From the IMG/VR virus record IMGVR_UViG_3300032259_000003, positions 1-64,000 of that record: 64,000 nucleotides of DNA, one strand, 5' to 3'. Each line of letters opens with the position of its first letter. Position 1 is the first letter of the stretch. Origin of the DNA: a virus. Taxonomy: Duplodnaviria > Caudoviricetes. Position numbers and translations under genes: made by a program. Positions 9,238-19,128 of this stretch are shown piece by piece. Below the pieces are notes generated by a model. That model had not been told where the DNA came from. It was given only the letters and a program-made list of their open reading frames with translations, and made no database searches.

Positions 9238-9692
9238 TATATAATCTCCATTGTTACTCGATAGGTTTTACCATCCATAAAAACAACTTTAGCATTTTCA
9301 AACTGTTGTGTGGTGCTTATTGTACGGCCGGCGGTGACGCTAGTAATAACCCACGTTTGACCGTCCAACCAATTCACCGCGCTACTTTCTTGTGTTCCGT
9401 AACCGTCAAGAGCATTGTCAATAGACAACGCACCGGCTTCGGCCTCTTCTGCATTATCACTATAACATACAACCTGCATAGACAATTCTGCGTCTTTGGT
9501 TCGTGTTACATCCTGGTCGCCACCGCCTACGAATACCATCACGACATACGGGAATATTTGTTCTTCAATGTTCGCACTAAACGGATGGAACCGGGCATAA
9601 ACACGGTCTTCAAAATTCGCACTTAACGCGGTTAACTTGTCGCCAATGGCGCGATATAACGCGCGCGGGGCTATTTCGGTTTGAATACTCAT
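9237..9692 (-). CDS. Tail terminator/completion protein
   Basis: Start reassigned to MSIQTEI (ATGA overlap); FPYVVM..G..D and SMQVVCYS patterns. Confidence 0.65.
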   Translation of the reverse strand: MSIQTEIAPRALYRAIGDKLTALSANFEDRVYARFHPFSANIEEQIFPYVVMVFVGGGDQDVTRTKDAELSMQVVCYSDNAEEAEAGALSIDNALDGYGTQESSAVNWLDGQTWVITSVTAGRTISTTQQFENAKVVFMDGKTYRVTMEII

Positions 9693-10066
9693 GATATGAC
9701 CCCCTGCTCTTTCATATCCCGCCCTATATATTGCTTCCAAAATGTGAATTGGGGACGCATAAATGGTCGCGCTTCAACCGTTGCGGTTCCCAATTCCAAC
9801 TCGATCCCGTACGGTTCTCCATCAAATACAACCATCTTAAGCTCACTTATTTCGTCCCAGTCTATTGACGAGACCAGGAATCCCTGGTCAACGTTTGGCG
9901 GGTCTCCGGGTAAACTTGCCTCATGATCGCCATAATCCCGACCGGGGCTGACTTCTTCCATACTTAACTTAATATCATTGACAATTTCTTCGGCCAGTCC
10001 ACGCAGGTACGGGTTCAACTTCGGGTTATTAATTAGTGCCTTTAGCTTGCTATTGTTGTAAGTCAT
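9689..10066 (-). CDS. HK97 gp10-like neck protein
   Basis: PNVDQGFLVSSI, YGIELELGT..ARPFMRP motifs. Confidence 0.75.
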   Translation of the reverse strand: MTYNNSKLKALINNPKLNPYLRGLAEEIVNDIKLSMEEVSPGRDYGDHEASLPGDPPNVDQGFLVSSIDWDEISELKMVVFDGEPYGIELELGTATVEARPFMRPQFTFWKQYIGRDMKEQGVIS

Positions 10067-10434
10067 GGTTTAACTGCCAATACTTTAACATAGGCTTTAT
10101 CTGTTAGTTGCGTTTCTATCGTCACCACGTTATACACTTCGCTACCGGTTTCAATGATATAACCAGCTTTGACCGCTTGACCGTAGGGTAACAATATCTC
10201 ATACTGTTGGCCTACAATTTGACGCTCGCCCAATAGTTCCGCGTTGGTGGTTGACCCTTGTCCGCCGGTTATAACGCGGCAACTTACACCGCTTGCAACA
10301 ACGGCATAGAGATTATCCGGGGCATAACTAGCGCTCCGACCGCTTGACTTGCTTTTTATCGTGCAAGTGTCCGTTAAAAAGTTTGTGACCTGATTCCTGA
10401 GATAGGCCAGGGCCGCCGTGTTGATATTCGCCAT
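10063..10434 (-). CDS. Head closure protein
   Basis: Position; DTCTI..YEILLPY..VKAGYII pattern. Confidence 0.65.
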   Translation of the reverse strand: MANINTAALAYLRNQVTNFLTDTCTIKSKSSGRSASYAPDNLYAVVASGVSCRVITGGQGSTTNAELLGERQIVGQQYEILLPYGQAVKAGYIIETGSEVYNVVTIETQLTDKAYVKVLAVKP

Positions 10435-10790
10435 TAGGTATACGGCTCCTCGGTTGCGCTGCTATCGGCTCTGTAGGTATAGGTTACGCTACTGACATAA
10501 CGCTGCAAGCTAAATTCTAACTCTTTTTCTTTGATTAGATCACGGTAGGATTGAACCGCGGCGGCGTGTTGGTCAATTGATATTTCGTCCGCCTCAACAT
10601 CCGGGCGCATCAAGTTCTGCATCTTGTAACGCAGACCCGCAATAACCGCGCGTTGTTTGCTGGACTCCGTCGCTAACAATGACGCAATGATTTCGTCGCT
10701 TAACTCGGATTCGCTTTCTATTGTGTCGTGCGTGTGGAACCGCACAAAGTCGCGGTTAACGGTTAAGTCTTCGGTGTATGTATACGTCAT
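10434..10790 (-). CDS. Head-tail adaptor
   Basis: VRFHTHDT...LSDEII pattern; position. Confidence 0.6.
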   Translation of the reverse strand: MTYTYTEDLTVNRDFVRFHTHDTIESESELSDEIIASLLATESSKQRAVIAGLRYKMQNLMRPDVEADEISIDQHAAAVQSYRDLIKEKELEFSLQRYVSSVTYTYRADSSATEEPYT

Positions 10791-10791
10791 A

Positions 10792-11232
10792 TTAATTCCC
10801 TACCTGCTCAATTAATCTCAGAATCGCGCGGCCATCGGTTGTATGCAAACTACATTCATGACGGGCTTGGTCCAATTCTCGCATATACCATGTGTCCGAG
10901 AAGCCGCTATAGATAAACTGAATTGTACCGACTAACCCGAAGCTATCATATAACACCATATCCATAGGTGTATGCGTTATTATATCCGTCTCCGTGATCG
11001 AGTCGCCTAGCATATCCTCGATGTATATCAAAGCGCTTACATTATTCGCCCGTGTAACCGGTGCATCTGGATACCCATAATACACGTCATTCACCGTATT
11101 AAGGTTGGTGCATAGTCCGCTATGGGGGATAAGATTCGCGCTATACACTACGGCAATAACAAAGACCGATAAAATAAACCAAATAGTATCCGATACCCGT
11201 ATAAGCGGCAGGCCACTATTTTTCCGTTTCAT
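10792..11232 (-). CDS. Hypothetical membrane-anchored protein
   Basis: One N-terminal hydrophobic helix; coupled to neighbours. Confidence 0.55.
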   Translation of the reverse strand: MKRKNSGLPLIRVSDTIWFILSVFVIAVVYSANLIPHSGLCTNLNTVNDVYYGYPDAPVTRANNVSALIYIEDMLGDSITETDIITHTPMDMVLYDSFGLVGTIQFIYSGFSDTWYMRELDQARHECSLHTTDGRAILRLIEQVGN

Positions 11233-11717
11233 TATCGGCCCTCTGTCAATAGGTCTATCCTCACAAGCAACGTTCCACTTGTGGCGCTATAGGTTGGTGT
11301 TGAGCCGTTTAACACTAGATAGGCCCATATCGTATTAATACCGGCCGTCGGGCTACTGATAAATGCCTTGTCAAAGTCTGCAAAGGCATAGTTATTGCTG
11401 TTGATGGTGGTATAAGTTGATATAGCTTTTTTAGGGACAATCAACTTAGATAAACTCGCAAAGGTCAAGGCGCTGGCAAAGGCCGCGTTATCGGCTATCG
11501 TTTGCGGTTCGGTGTGGAATAGGTAAAGGTCAAAAACAGCACTCTGATTATCATCGTCAAATATGGCCACCTGGTTAATTACCGCGCCGCCAATACTTGA
11601 GTCATAATCAAACCGAATTAACCCGCCTACCACGTCGCCATCACTATACGCGCCGGCTGTAACGGTTAGTGCCGTTTGCCCTTTGGTGACTCCGTTTACA
11701 CTTAAAAACCTACTCAT
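11232..11717 (-). CDS. Hypothetical beta-rich protein, probably virion-associated
   Basis: 161-aa ORF with AGGAAG RBS in head region. Confidence 0.55.
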   Translation of the reverse strand: MSRFLSVNGVTKGQTALTVTAGAYSDGDVVGGLIRFDYDSSIGGAVINQVAIFDDDNQSAVFDLYLFHTEPQTIADNAAFASALTFASLSKLIVPKKAISTYTTINSNNYAFADFDKAFISSPTAGINTIWAYLVLNGSTPTYSATSGTLLVRIDLLTEGR

Positions 11718-11739
11718 AAACTTCCTCGATTCTAAAGAG

Positions 11740-11757
11740 AGGGGGACAATGCCCCCT
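11740..11757 (-). terminator. Possible terminator/attenuator hairpin
   Basis: AGGGGG/CCCCCT 6-bp stem after 305-aa gene; weak U-tract. Confidence 0.4.
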
Positions 11758-11763
11758 ATCTTA

Positions 11764-12681
11764 TTATGTTGATAGCGTCTCAGGTGTAATTAACCCGGAC
11801 TCATCAACGGCGTTAACTGTATAGTTATTGACGCAAAGTGTTGCCCCTGCGTCAAAAGCTGTTTCTGGTGCGGTTGCGAACAATGTGAAGGCGTGATTCC
11901 CGGATGTGATGCCGGTTGTTGCGTCGGTATGATCCAGGGTTAACCCTGCGGTTGTGTCGCGGTTCTCAATCAAGTTGTCAATGACTGCAAAATTCGTAGA
12001 GGCGGCAGCACTCCCCGCATTGCCACTAATGGCGGCGGTTGTGAAGTCCCCTCTAAATTCTGAGTTTTTGATAACTGAATCAATACACGCATCAATGCGA
12101 ATTGCGTTGTTTGTGCCGGCGGTCGCGCTGGCAATGAATCGGCAATTGTCAACAACGGCGCGAGTTGCTGCGTCAATGTCCAACATTTGCAAAAACTCAA
12201 GGATTGCGCTTCCAACTTCAAAGTCACAATTAGCAAGGGTCACATCGTCGCCTGTAATGGTTACACCGCTGACAATGTCTGCAACAGCGCCCAAAAATAC
12301 TAGACCACTGATATAGACATTATCGGCGCTTACAGGTATGCGGCTTGCCGTGGCGCTAAAGGACAACACCGGGCGGTTCCGACCAACACCGAGACCAACA
12401 ATTGAGATTCCAGCTACATCAACTACCAACGAAGTAGCGGACGCAATGGTTTCGGCGTGACCTGGCATAACGATAATGACATCGTTCTGGCTGGCGGTTG
12501 TGCTATTTACTGCCGCGTCGATAGTCGCCAATGGCGCGCTGGGGTCTGTCCCCGCGTTGTTATCATTGCCCGAAGTGGCATGTACAAAATAGAAGTTACC
12601 GGTTGTAGTGGGGACTGATGCCCCACCTAGAACCGGGACTCCAAAGGAACTGATCCCATTAGGAAAGTTTGTGATTGTCAT
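11764..12681 (-). CDS. Beta-helix (pectin-lyase-like) protein, possible head fibre
   Basis: ATIDAAVN..DVIIVMPGH start motif and repeated parallel beta-helix coils; follows capsid gene. Confidence 0.5.
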   Translation of the reverse strand: MTITNFPNGISSFGVPVLGGASVPTTTGNFYFVHATSGNDNNAGTDPSAPLATIDAAVNSTTASQNDVIIVMPGHAETIASATSLVVDVAGISIVGLGVGRNRPVLSFSATASRIPVSADNVYISGLVFLGAVADIVSGVTITGDDVTLANCDFEVGSAILEFLQMLDIDAATRAVVDNCRFIASATAGTNNAIRIDACIDSVIKNSEFRGDFTTAAISGNAGSAAASTNFAVIDNLIENRDTTAGLTLDHTDATTGITSGNHAFTLFATAPETAFDAGATLCVNNYTVNAVDESGLITPETLST

Positions 12682-12695
12682 ATTGTCATTATCCC

Positions 12696-13592
12696 TTAAC
12701 TAGGATTCGAGCCAACAATCCAACGGAAATCAGACCAACCGAAGCTATAACGCATCCGTCCGCGATATTTGCGAATCAATGTGTCAAAGCTGTCTTCGGC
12801 GGTAAATTCTGTACCGATACGGTTATACCATTTGAGGTATCGGCGTGACATTGCGCTGTCAACAACGAACCAGGCATTGGTATCGGTCAAGTAAGGACTA
12901 ACAATGGCGGTCAACCCTGAGTGTACGTTAACCGCATTGTTTGCTGATTCCGGTGTTAACTCAGAACCGGTCAATTCAAGCGCGGTTTTGCGTAGCGCCC
13001 GTGGAACAATGAGATAATCCGGCATGACTGCAATCTCTTCGCCTAAGTCATCGCCCAAACTCATCAGCGTTGTAATTGCTGTTTCTAAGTTTGTGCTATT
13101 GAGTGCAAGCGTTAAGTTGTTGTCCACTGATGTACTGTCAGATTTACTCCGTGGGTGGTCGTCAGCACAAAGGGCTTTAACATCATACCCTGTGGTTGAG
13201 AACGCATTATTGAATACACTGGCGCGATCTTTTGCGCGTTTGCGTCCGAAGGCGGTCCCCATGTTGGCGGCGCTGTCAAAAATAGCGTTATACTGCATAT
13301 CTTCAAGCATAACCTGTGTTATTTGGAAACCACGGACCCATTGTGTATGGGAGTATTCAACTTCGTAACCCTCATCAGCGGTATCATATACGATGCTGCC
13401 GTGTTGGTCGAAGTCTACCGGGTCACTAAACCCACCGACGCGTAAGTCCGTCTCTTTATTCTTGCTCGATTCTTGCACGTTGAATATCGTTTCCAACATG
13501 TCCGTCGGTTGCGTGTAGTGGTCAAAAAATACCTCGTCTAATACTGGGTCCAAGTCTACCAAGGAGCCAAATTGTGATTCGTGTTGTACCAT
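12696..13592 (-). CDS. Major capsid protein (Mu gpT-like family)
   Basis: PDYLIVPRAL, SPYLTDTNAWF, RYSFGWSDFRWI motifs; follows scaffold and decoration genes. Confidence 0.85.
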   Translation of the reverse strand: MVQHESQFGSLVDLDPVLDEVFFDHYTQPTDMLETIFNVQESSKNKETDLRVGGFSDPVDFDQHGSIVYDTADEGYEVEYSHTQWVRGFQITQVMLEDMQYNAIFDSAANMGTAFGRKRAKDRASVFNNAFSTTGYDVKALCADDHPRSKSDSTSVDNNLTLALNSTNLETAITTLMSLGDDLGEEIAVMPDYLIVPRALRKTALELTGSELTPESANNAVNVHSGLTAIVSPYLTDTNAWFVVDSAMSRRYLKWYNRIGTEFTAEDSFDTLIRKYRGRMRYSFGWSDFRWIVGSNPS

Positions 13593-13605
13593 GATCTAAG
13601 TCTCC

Positions 13606-14013
13606 TTAACTAGCGACTTGTGTATAGTGGGTAAGGTTCCACGTTACGTATGTGGGTTGGGTTGCTGTACTCGTTTGTACAACAAGAACATCACTATTGC
13701 TATCATCTGTCACACCCATTGCACCCGACGCAAGGTCAAGCGCAGCATTGGCGGAACGAGCATTAGCATCAGCGACACTATAAACGGCGTAGGGGTTAAC
13801 GATAACTTTACAGCTTAACCCGTCGTTGGTGTTGTCACAATCTTCAACAGCGACACCGGCAAATACAGCGTCATTACTAGCGCCCGCGTCAATTTCCGCG
13901 CCGTCAATTGAGACAACTTCGCCCGCGCTGATGACAGCGCCACTCTTTACTACAAATTCACGGATAATCGGAGCTGCTCCGGTTAAATCGTATGCAAATG
14001 TAAAACCTGCCAT
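13606..14013 (-). CDS. Capsid decoration/cement-like protein
   Basis: Small beta-rich protein directly upstream of MCP. Confidence 0.55.
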   Translation of the reverse strand: MAGFTFAYDLTGAAPIIREFVVKSGAVISAGEVVSIDGAEIDAGASNDAVFAGVAVEDCDNTNDGLSCKVIVNPYAVYSVADANARSANAALDLASGAMGVTDDSNSDVLVVQTSTATQPTYVTWNLTHYTQVAS

Positions 14014-14051
14014 GATCTTTGTTTCCTTTCATAGTCAAAATCGGTCAATCC

Positions 14052-14612
14052 TTACCGCCGTAAGTAATTATTCCGTTTTGCCAACTCTCGAAGGCGCTTT
14101 TGTGCGTCGGTCAAATTACTATCTTCTGGCGGTTTGGGGTCGCCTACTGTGCCGGAGTCTGTCTTCGGCGGTGTAGGCTTTGAGAACAAACCGGCGCGTT
14201 TTGCATTGCGTACCCAGGTTAATTGGGCCGATGCGTCACCACTAGGGACTAAGCCGCGCATCACGTCATCAAGCGCTTCAAGTTCGGCTTCAAGTTCGGC
14301 CTGGTCGCGCTCTTGATATTTTGCGAGGGTTTCCGCTAGGTCTTTAGCGCGTTGTGCTTCTGGCTCTAGAGCTTCTATAATTTGCTTATAGTTCCCTTCG
14401 GCCTCGAGCTTGGCGCGTTGCCGTTCCTGTTCTGCCTTTTCTAATGCCTCAAGTCGCTTCTGTAGCTCGTTTTTTTGGTCATTGACCTGTTTAAAGCGAT
14501 CATACGGAATTGAATGCTGGACATTATTAACTGTGTTTTGCGTCTCATCAGACGGTGGCGTTACAGGCGTTTGCTCATTTGTTGCATTGGTGTTCTCTTC
14601 GCTCATTCTCAT
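14052..14612 (-). CDS. Capsid scaffolding protein
   Basis: IPYDRFKQVN motif and long charged coiled coil. Confidence 0.8.
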   Translation of the reverse strand: MRMSEENTNATNEQTPVTPPSDETQNTVNNVQHSIPYDRFKQVNDQKNELQKRLEALEKAEQERQRAKLEAEGNYKQIIEALEPEAQRAKDLAETLAKYQERDQAELEAELEALDDVMRGLVPSGDASAQLTWVRNAKRAGLFSKPTPPKTDSGTVGDPKPPEDSNLTDAQKRLRELAKRNNYLRR

Positions 14613-14693
14613 TACTCCGATAGTTTACGGGGTCGCCCCTCGAATAAAAATTATTGTTACCATAACCTGGTAGGGAGTTGCACCCTACTTATA

Positions 14694-14894
14694 CTACTCA
14701 GGTTTACTTTTTGTCTTACGTGTTACCTTGCGCGTGGGTTTTGGTTTTGCTGGCTCTTCTATTTTGTCACGGCTGAATATATAACCTTCGCCAGGTACAT
14801 ATTGCAACAATTGCCAACCATTCACCGCGCGACTATTCAAAAAATTCTCTAGCGGTTGGTCATTGGGTTTAGATAGTACGATGTATTCGGTCAT
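14694..14894 (-). CDS. Small hypothetical protein (basic tail)
   Basis: ATGA overlap; NGWQL motif. Confidence 0.6.
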   Translation of the reverse strand: MTEYIVLSKPNDQPLENFLNSRAVNGWQLLQYVPGEGYIFSRDKIEEPAKPKPTRKVTRKTKSKPE

Positions 14895-15961
14895 TGATTC
14901 CTCATATAATACTGTTGTGCCTGGGGTCCTAAAATACCCACTAGGCTATTCTCTTGTACAATGCTACCAAAAATAGGGTCATCCCCTTTTTTAACAAAGT
15001 CATTCAACGTTACCGCGCCATCTTGTAGGGCGTTAAAATTCGCACCGCCGGCTATTTTACGCTGTCGGTCCTCACTTTGTTTGTTGAACCATATCCCCCC
15101 TGATTCAATGCTCCGCGGTCGTCCTTTGACTTCGGTTATAGAGATGCACCGCCCGCGCCTATGGTCGTCTACACGCTCTCCTAATGGGATCTCGGTTCCG
15201 TGTAGCGCTATGCAAGTTAAGCATGTCCGCAGGTCAAGCGCCGCGATACGAATCACCCGACTTATAATGTCAGCATTGGCTACTTGGTGTAAGGCTTGAC
15301 TATCACGTTGTGCGGTTAATACCAATGACCGTGTGAGTGAATCCGCCGCTGATATTGTTAGTGCGGGCTTATCCCCTATGCCTTGCATCAAGTCAAACAA
15401 CTGCATCACTGTTTCGCCCGGGTTAACACCCATAGCAAAATTGCGTATGATGGTATTCTCTACTACTTCATTGATATACCCACGATACCCACTAAGCGAT
15501 TCAACCCACGCATCACTATCTACATATTGCACGATACGCTGTAATGCTTCGGGGTCGGGTGTATTCCACACAATACCAAAGGTTTGCAGCGCATCATCGC
15601 TTAAATTGCCGAAGGCCAATTCCCGTGTAAGGATACCGGCCTGTTTTATGCCTACCGCTTGCAGGGCTTCGGCGCTACCATCAATCAGCGTCACCGAAGC
15701 TCGCAAAAAGTCATCAAGGTCACTCTGGAACATACGATAAACGGTATTATTAGGGTTCAATTGTTGCCCTAAACCCGCTAACCGTGCCGCCTCAACTTCT
15801 AAGGCTTGCAAACTCCGACCCATTGCACCGCGGTTCGCACCCACGCCAATAGCATCAAGCGTTTGACCAATGACTTTGTAATATTCACGGTCTAATAACT
15901 CATCCACTAATTGCTTAGTGCGGTATATCGCATTTGGATCTATTGCAATGGGTTGTACCAT
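14891..15961 (-). CDS. Minor head protein (SPP1 gp7/Mu gpF-like)
   Basis: DLRTCLTCIALHG...HRRGRC metal-ligand motif; after portal. Confidence 0.75.
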   Translation of the reverse strand: MVQPIAIDPNAIYRTKQLVDELLDREYYKVIGQTLDAIGVGANRGAMGRSLQALEVEAARLAGLGQQLNPNNTVYRMFQSDLDDFLRASVTLIDGSAEALQAVGIKQAGILTRELAFGNLSDDALQTFGIVWNTPDPEALQRIVQYVDSDAWVESLSGYRGYINEVVENTIIRNFAMGVNPGETVMQLFDLMQGIGDKPALTISAADSLTRSLVLTAQRDSQALHQVANADIISRVIRIAALDLRTCLTCIALHGTEIPLGERVDDHRRGRCISITEVKGRPRSIESGGIWFNKQSEDRQRKIAGGANFNALQDGAVTLNDFVKKGDDPIFGSIVQENSLVGILGPQAQQYYMRNQ

Positions 15962-16390
15962 TTAGGTTACGTCCGCGGCATACTCGACACCGGTGTTAAT
16001 GATCCCAATTTGTAGGGATGAACTAGATACCGCCACGCCTAACACGGTCGCGTATAATGTACCGGCGGCTACTGCGTCATCAATCGGCATAATACCGCCG
16101 GGTGTGCCTGATAACACGTAGACCTTACCCGTTGATAGTGAGGCGCTTGCCCCAAGTGTGACAAATCCGCCGGTTTGAATTGTCCCCGGTTGGCCACTTG
16201 CGCCACTGGTTAGCGCGAATCCAATCACAGTATCCAGCCCCGCGTCACTTGCATCAGCAAGCTGTAACACGCCTGAGACAACACATAAGACTTTGCCCTG
16301 TGTGATAGTTGCGCCATAGTTATAATTGCTATTTTTGACCGCGCTTGTTCCAGGTAGGACTTCAGCGGCAGTAATTGATAAATCGGCCAT
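15962..16390 (-). CDS. Small Gly/Ala-rich beta protein (decoration-like); distant relative of 46172-46573
   Basis: GATITQGKVL...IGFAL..GASG pattern. Confidence 0.5.
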   Translation of the reverse strand: MADLSITAAEVLPGTSAVKNSNYNYGATITQGKVLCVVSGVLQLADASDAGLDTVIGFALTSGASGQPGTIQTGGFVTLGASASLSTGKVYVLSGTPGGIMPIDDAVAAGTLYATVLGVAVSSSSLQIGIINTGVEYAADVT

Positions 16391-17907
16391 TAGTTTAGGT
16401 CTCCATTATTATTATTGGCTTCTAATTGTGGTGGTGCTAACGCGCCGAAGGGGTCCCCAATAGATCCCAACCGCGCGACTCGTGCCTGTGCTTCGGTGTC
16501 ATTACCTTCTGTTAGTTCCTTAATCTTCTTATCGTCCCAACCAAATACCGGCGCGACAATCTTATAATACTCTTTTATTGGAAATGTTGGGTTGGCTGCC
16601 ATCAATAGCGCGGCATTTTCTAATATCTCTTTGTCATTCCTAATTTCACCCTTGGCCCACTGTGCATTAAATGACTCATACGCCGGCGGTCGCTTCCCAT
16701 ATTGTGTCTCAACAATCCAGGCCATTTCTAAAACCTGTTCCCACGATGCACCGTAACTAATTTGGGCGCGTTTAATTCGCCCTAAAAGCGCGGCCTCGTT
16801 TTGCTTCTTGGCTTCGCCTGATTCATTGGCTCCGCCGCCGGGCTTGGGTGTTTTGGATACGGCATAAATTTGGTCAATGATCCATTCGCCTTGACTGATA
16901 AACGGGACAATGCCACCGGCCGCAAATTCTCCGGCTTCAATCTTCTCATCATTACTTGCAGGTTGCCCACCGGTTAAATTTAAAAACATGCCTGGCGTGA
17001 CCTTTGACGGGAATGTAAACCCACCGATACCATAACGTACCGGGAACGCGGTTAACTCACTTGTTGCGACCATGCTTACCATTGTGCGATTGAGTGCGTC
17101 TTGTAACGGGATCGAGTCATCTATATCACTTCGCCCGTAATTATCATATCGTGTAGAATTGTTGCGGAAATGAACAACGGGAATAATACCTAACGGGTTC
17201 GGTTGTATGTAGTCTATACCATCCTCTGTATATGGTGATAATTGATCGCCACCGTCTGATATGTAGCGGTGTATCGCGTCATTGGTATAGGTATTGACGC
17301 GCATTGTATCGGCCGTTTGCCCGCCTTCGCTTGTAATGTGCCATATCTTTATGGCGATGGTTGGGTTCTTTGCATACGTGCTAGGATATAACACCACCAT
17401 GCCAGATATGCCATCATAGGCCGGCTCATGTACCCAATTGCAAAATTCCGCGCCGTCTTCAAAGTCAACAAAAAGGAATGTATCGCCATCTCTTGATGTG
17501 CTTTCCGCAATCTGTAATTGTAATTGGTCTGCGCGGTTGCGCCTAAGTTGGTCATTGGCCCACTCGGCCGCCGCGTCGTTGTCTGCCTCAATACGTATTA
17601 ACTCCAAACGGTCTACTTTGGTATCCACAATCATTGGCATAAGGTTTACATTAAACGGCGCGCTGTTTGGGTCATACTCATTGCTATCGCTCGATACACG
17701 GCGGCCAATGCTAGAGACGCGTAGCAATTGTCGCATCTCGTTAGTTAACCCTGCGTCGTGGTCTCCGTCGTAATATCTACGATAGCGGTGTATCCGGTTT
17801 CCGCGTTCCTGCTCGGTTTGCGCGAAAGCATCAAATGACATTTGGCTTTTATTTAAATTGTTTTGTACGGTCCCACGTAACGCCGATTGTAAAAGGTTGA
17901 GGCTCAT
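16390..17907 (-). CDS. Portal protein (SPP1 gp6-like)
   Basis: YRRYYDGDH, IPVVHFRN...YGRSDI, SGEAKK motifs; after TerL. Confidence 0.9.
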   Translation of the reverse strand: MSLNLLQSALRGTVQNNLNKSQMSFDAFAQTEQERGNRIHRYRRYYDGDHDAGLTNEMRQLLRVSSIGRRVSSDSNEYDPNSAPFNVNLMPMIVDTKVDRLELIRIEADNDAAAEWANDQLRRNRADQLQLQIAESTSRDGDTFLFVDFEDGAEFCNWVHEPAYDGISGMVVLYPSTYAKNPTIAIKIWHITSEGGQTADTMRVNTYTNDAIHRYISDGGDQLSPYTEDGIDYIQPNPLGIIPVVHFRNNSTRYDNYGRSDIDDSIPLQDALNRTMVSMVATSELTAFPVRYGIGGFTFPSKVTPGMFLNLTGGQPASNDEKIEAGEFAAGGIVPFISQGEWIIDQIYAVSKTPKPGGGANESGEAKKQNEAALLGRIKRAQISYGASWEQVLEMAWIVETQYGKRPPAYESFNAQWAKGEIRNDKEILENAALLMAANPTFPIKEYYKIVAPVFGWDDKKIKELTEGNDTEAQARVARLGSIGDPFGALAPPQLEANNNNGDLN

Positions 17908-17916
17908 AATGTACCT

Positions 17917-19128
17917 TTACGCATAATTCGTAACAATAGGGGTGTAAACCCGTTTCTTTAGTAGTCGCGCGCGGTTGGCAAGTGCTAGGGCCATTACACA
18001 GTCATCGTGCAGTCCCGACGGCGCGGTGTACCGATAATTCCCGCTTGGCAGCGTCTCAACGGTGTAGGCTTGTAATTCACCTAATAACACCGGGTCGTTT
18101 AATATGCCAATGCTTTCTTGCTCCAAGTTTAACGCTAGGCTGTTGATAATCTCGGCTTTGCTCTGTTGTGTGGTTGTGAATCCCTTGACCGGAAGCCCGC
18201 GCTTAACTAGCTCTTCGATGTTTGGGCCGCCGATGCTGTTCTCTTCGGCTAATATCATGTGTGGCTGATAGCGTTCAAACATAACCATCAACCGGTTACG
18301 TTGCATAGTCCAGTCAATTTGATTGAACCGATCTATAGCGACCATGTGGCCGGTATCTTCGTCAATCGCTATGATAACCGTGTAATCGTTGGACCGTCCC
18401 CAATCAACACCGAATACAATTTTATCACTTGGCGCTGGTGCAGGTTGCAGACAGGCGTTTAAATTACGAAAGACCGCGCCGCCGTCTTCGAGAAACTCCG
18501 CCATGTATTCTTGCTGGAAGACCCGTTCCGGTGTGTTGCGCTTAATATCATTAATCTCGTTTGCATCTAATAACGGGTTATCATAGCTTGTATAATGCCA
18601 GGATTGCCAATCAGGTTCGTTTGGGTCAAGCCCGCGTTGGTAGAGCTTCCAAAAATAATTGCGACCGTTGGTGCTACTTAAAAATGTAGCGGTTCCTTTA
18701 CTCTCTAATAACATCGGCCTAATTTGATACTCCCATAGCGTTTCAAGGTCACAGAACGCGGCCTCATCTATCGTCACATGTTCTATCCCAGTGCCGCGCT
18801 TAAAATTATTTGCGCCTAACATGCGAAGGCGACCACCGCCTGGGACTCGTATCTCTCGACGTGACTTATTAATATCGTCACGGCTTACAAATTGCTCAAA
18901 AAATTGTACGAACTCATGCCAGGTGTCGGTCGTGTTATCAAAGGTTGGGTTAACCCACCACGTATTTTTTTTGTCATCCATAACACGGAGGATGTCGCCT
19001 AACTTCTCCGCCTCTGTTTTGCCAAAACGACGGCCGGCAGCTATTACATTAAATCGTGCCGTTGGCCTCACAAGATGCTTTTGGTTCACGTGTGGCCGGA
19101 TGGGTAGTCTCAGCTTAACCTCATTCAT
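17917..19128 (-). CDS. terL: Terminase large subunit (Terminase_6-type)
   Basis: AAGRRFGKT Walker A, TIDEAA Walker B, FGVDWGRSND nuclease motif, HDDCVMALAL. Confidence 0.95.
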   Translation of the reverse strand: MNEVKLRLPIRPHVNQKHLVRPTARFNVIAAGRRFGKTEAEKLGDILRVMDDKKNTWWVNPTFDNTTDTWHEFVQFFEQFVSRDDINKSRREIRVPGGGRLRMLGANNFKRGTGIEHVTIDEAAFCDLETLWEYQIRPMLLESKGTATFLSSTNGRNYFWKLYQRGLDPNEPDWQSWHYTSYDNPLLDANEINDIKRNTPERVFQQEYMAEFLEDGGAVFRNLNACLQPAPAPSDKIVFGVDWGRSNDYTVIIAIDEDTGHMVAIDRFNQIDWTMQRNRLMVMFERYQPHMILAEENSIGGPNIEELVKRGLPVKGFTTTQQSKAEIINSLALNLEQESIGILNDPVLLGELQAYTVETLPSGNYRYTAPSGLHDDCVMALALANRARLLKKRVYTPIVTNYA

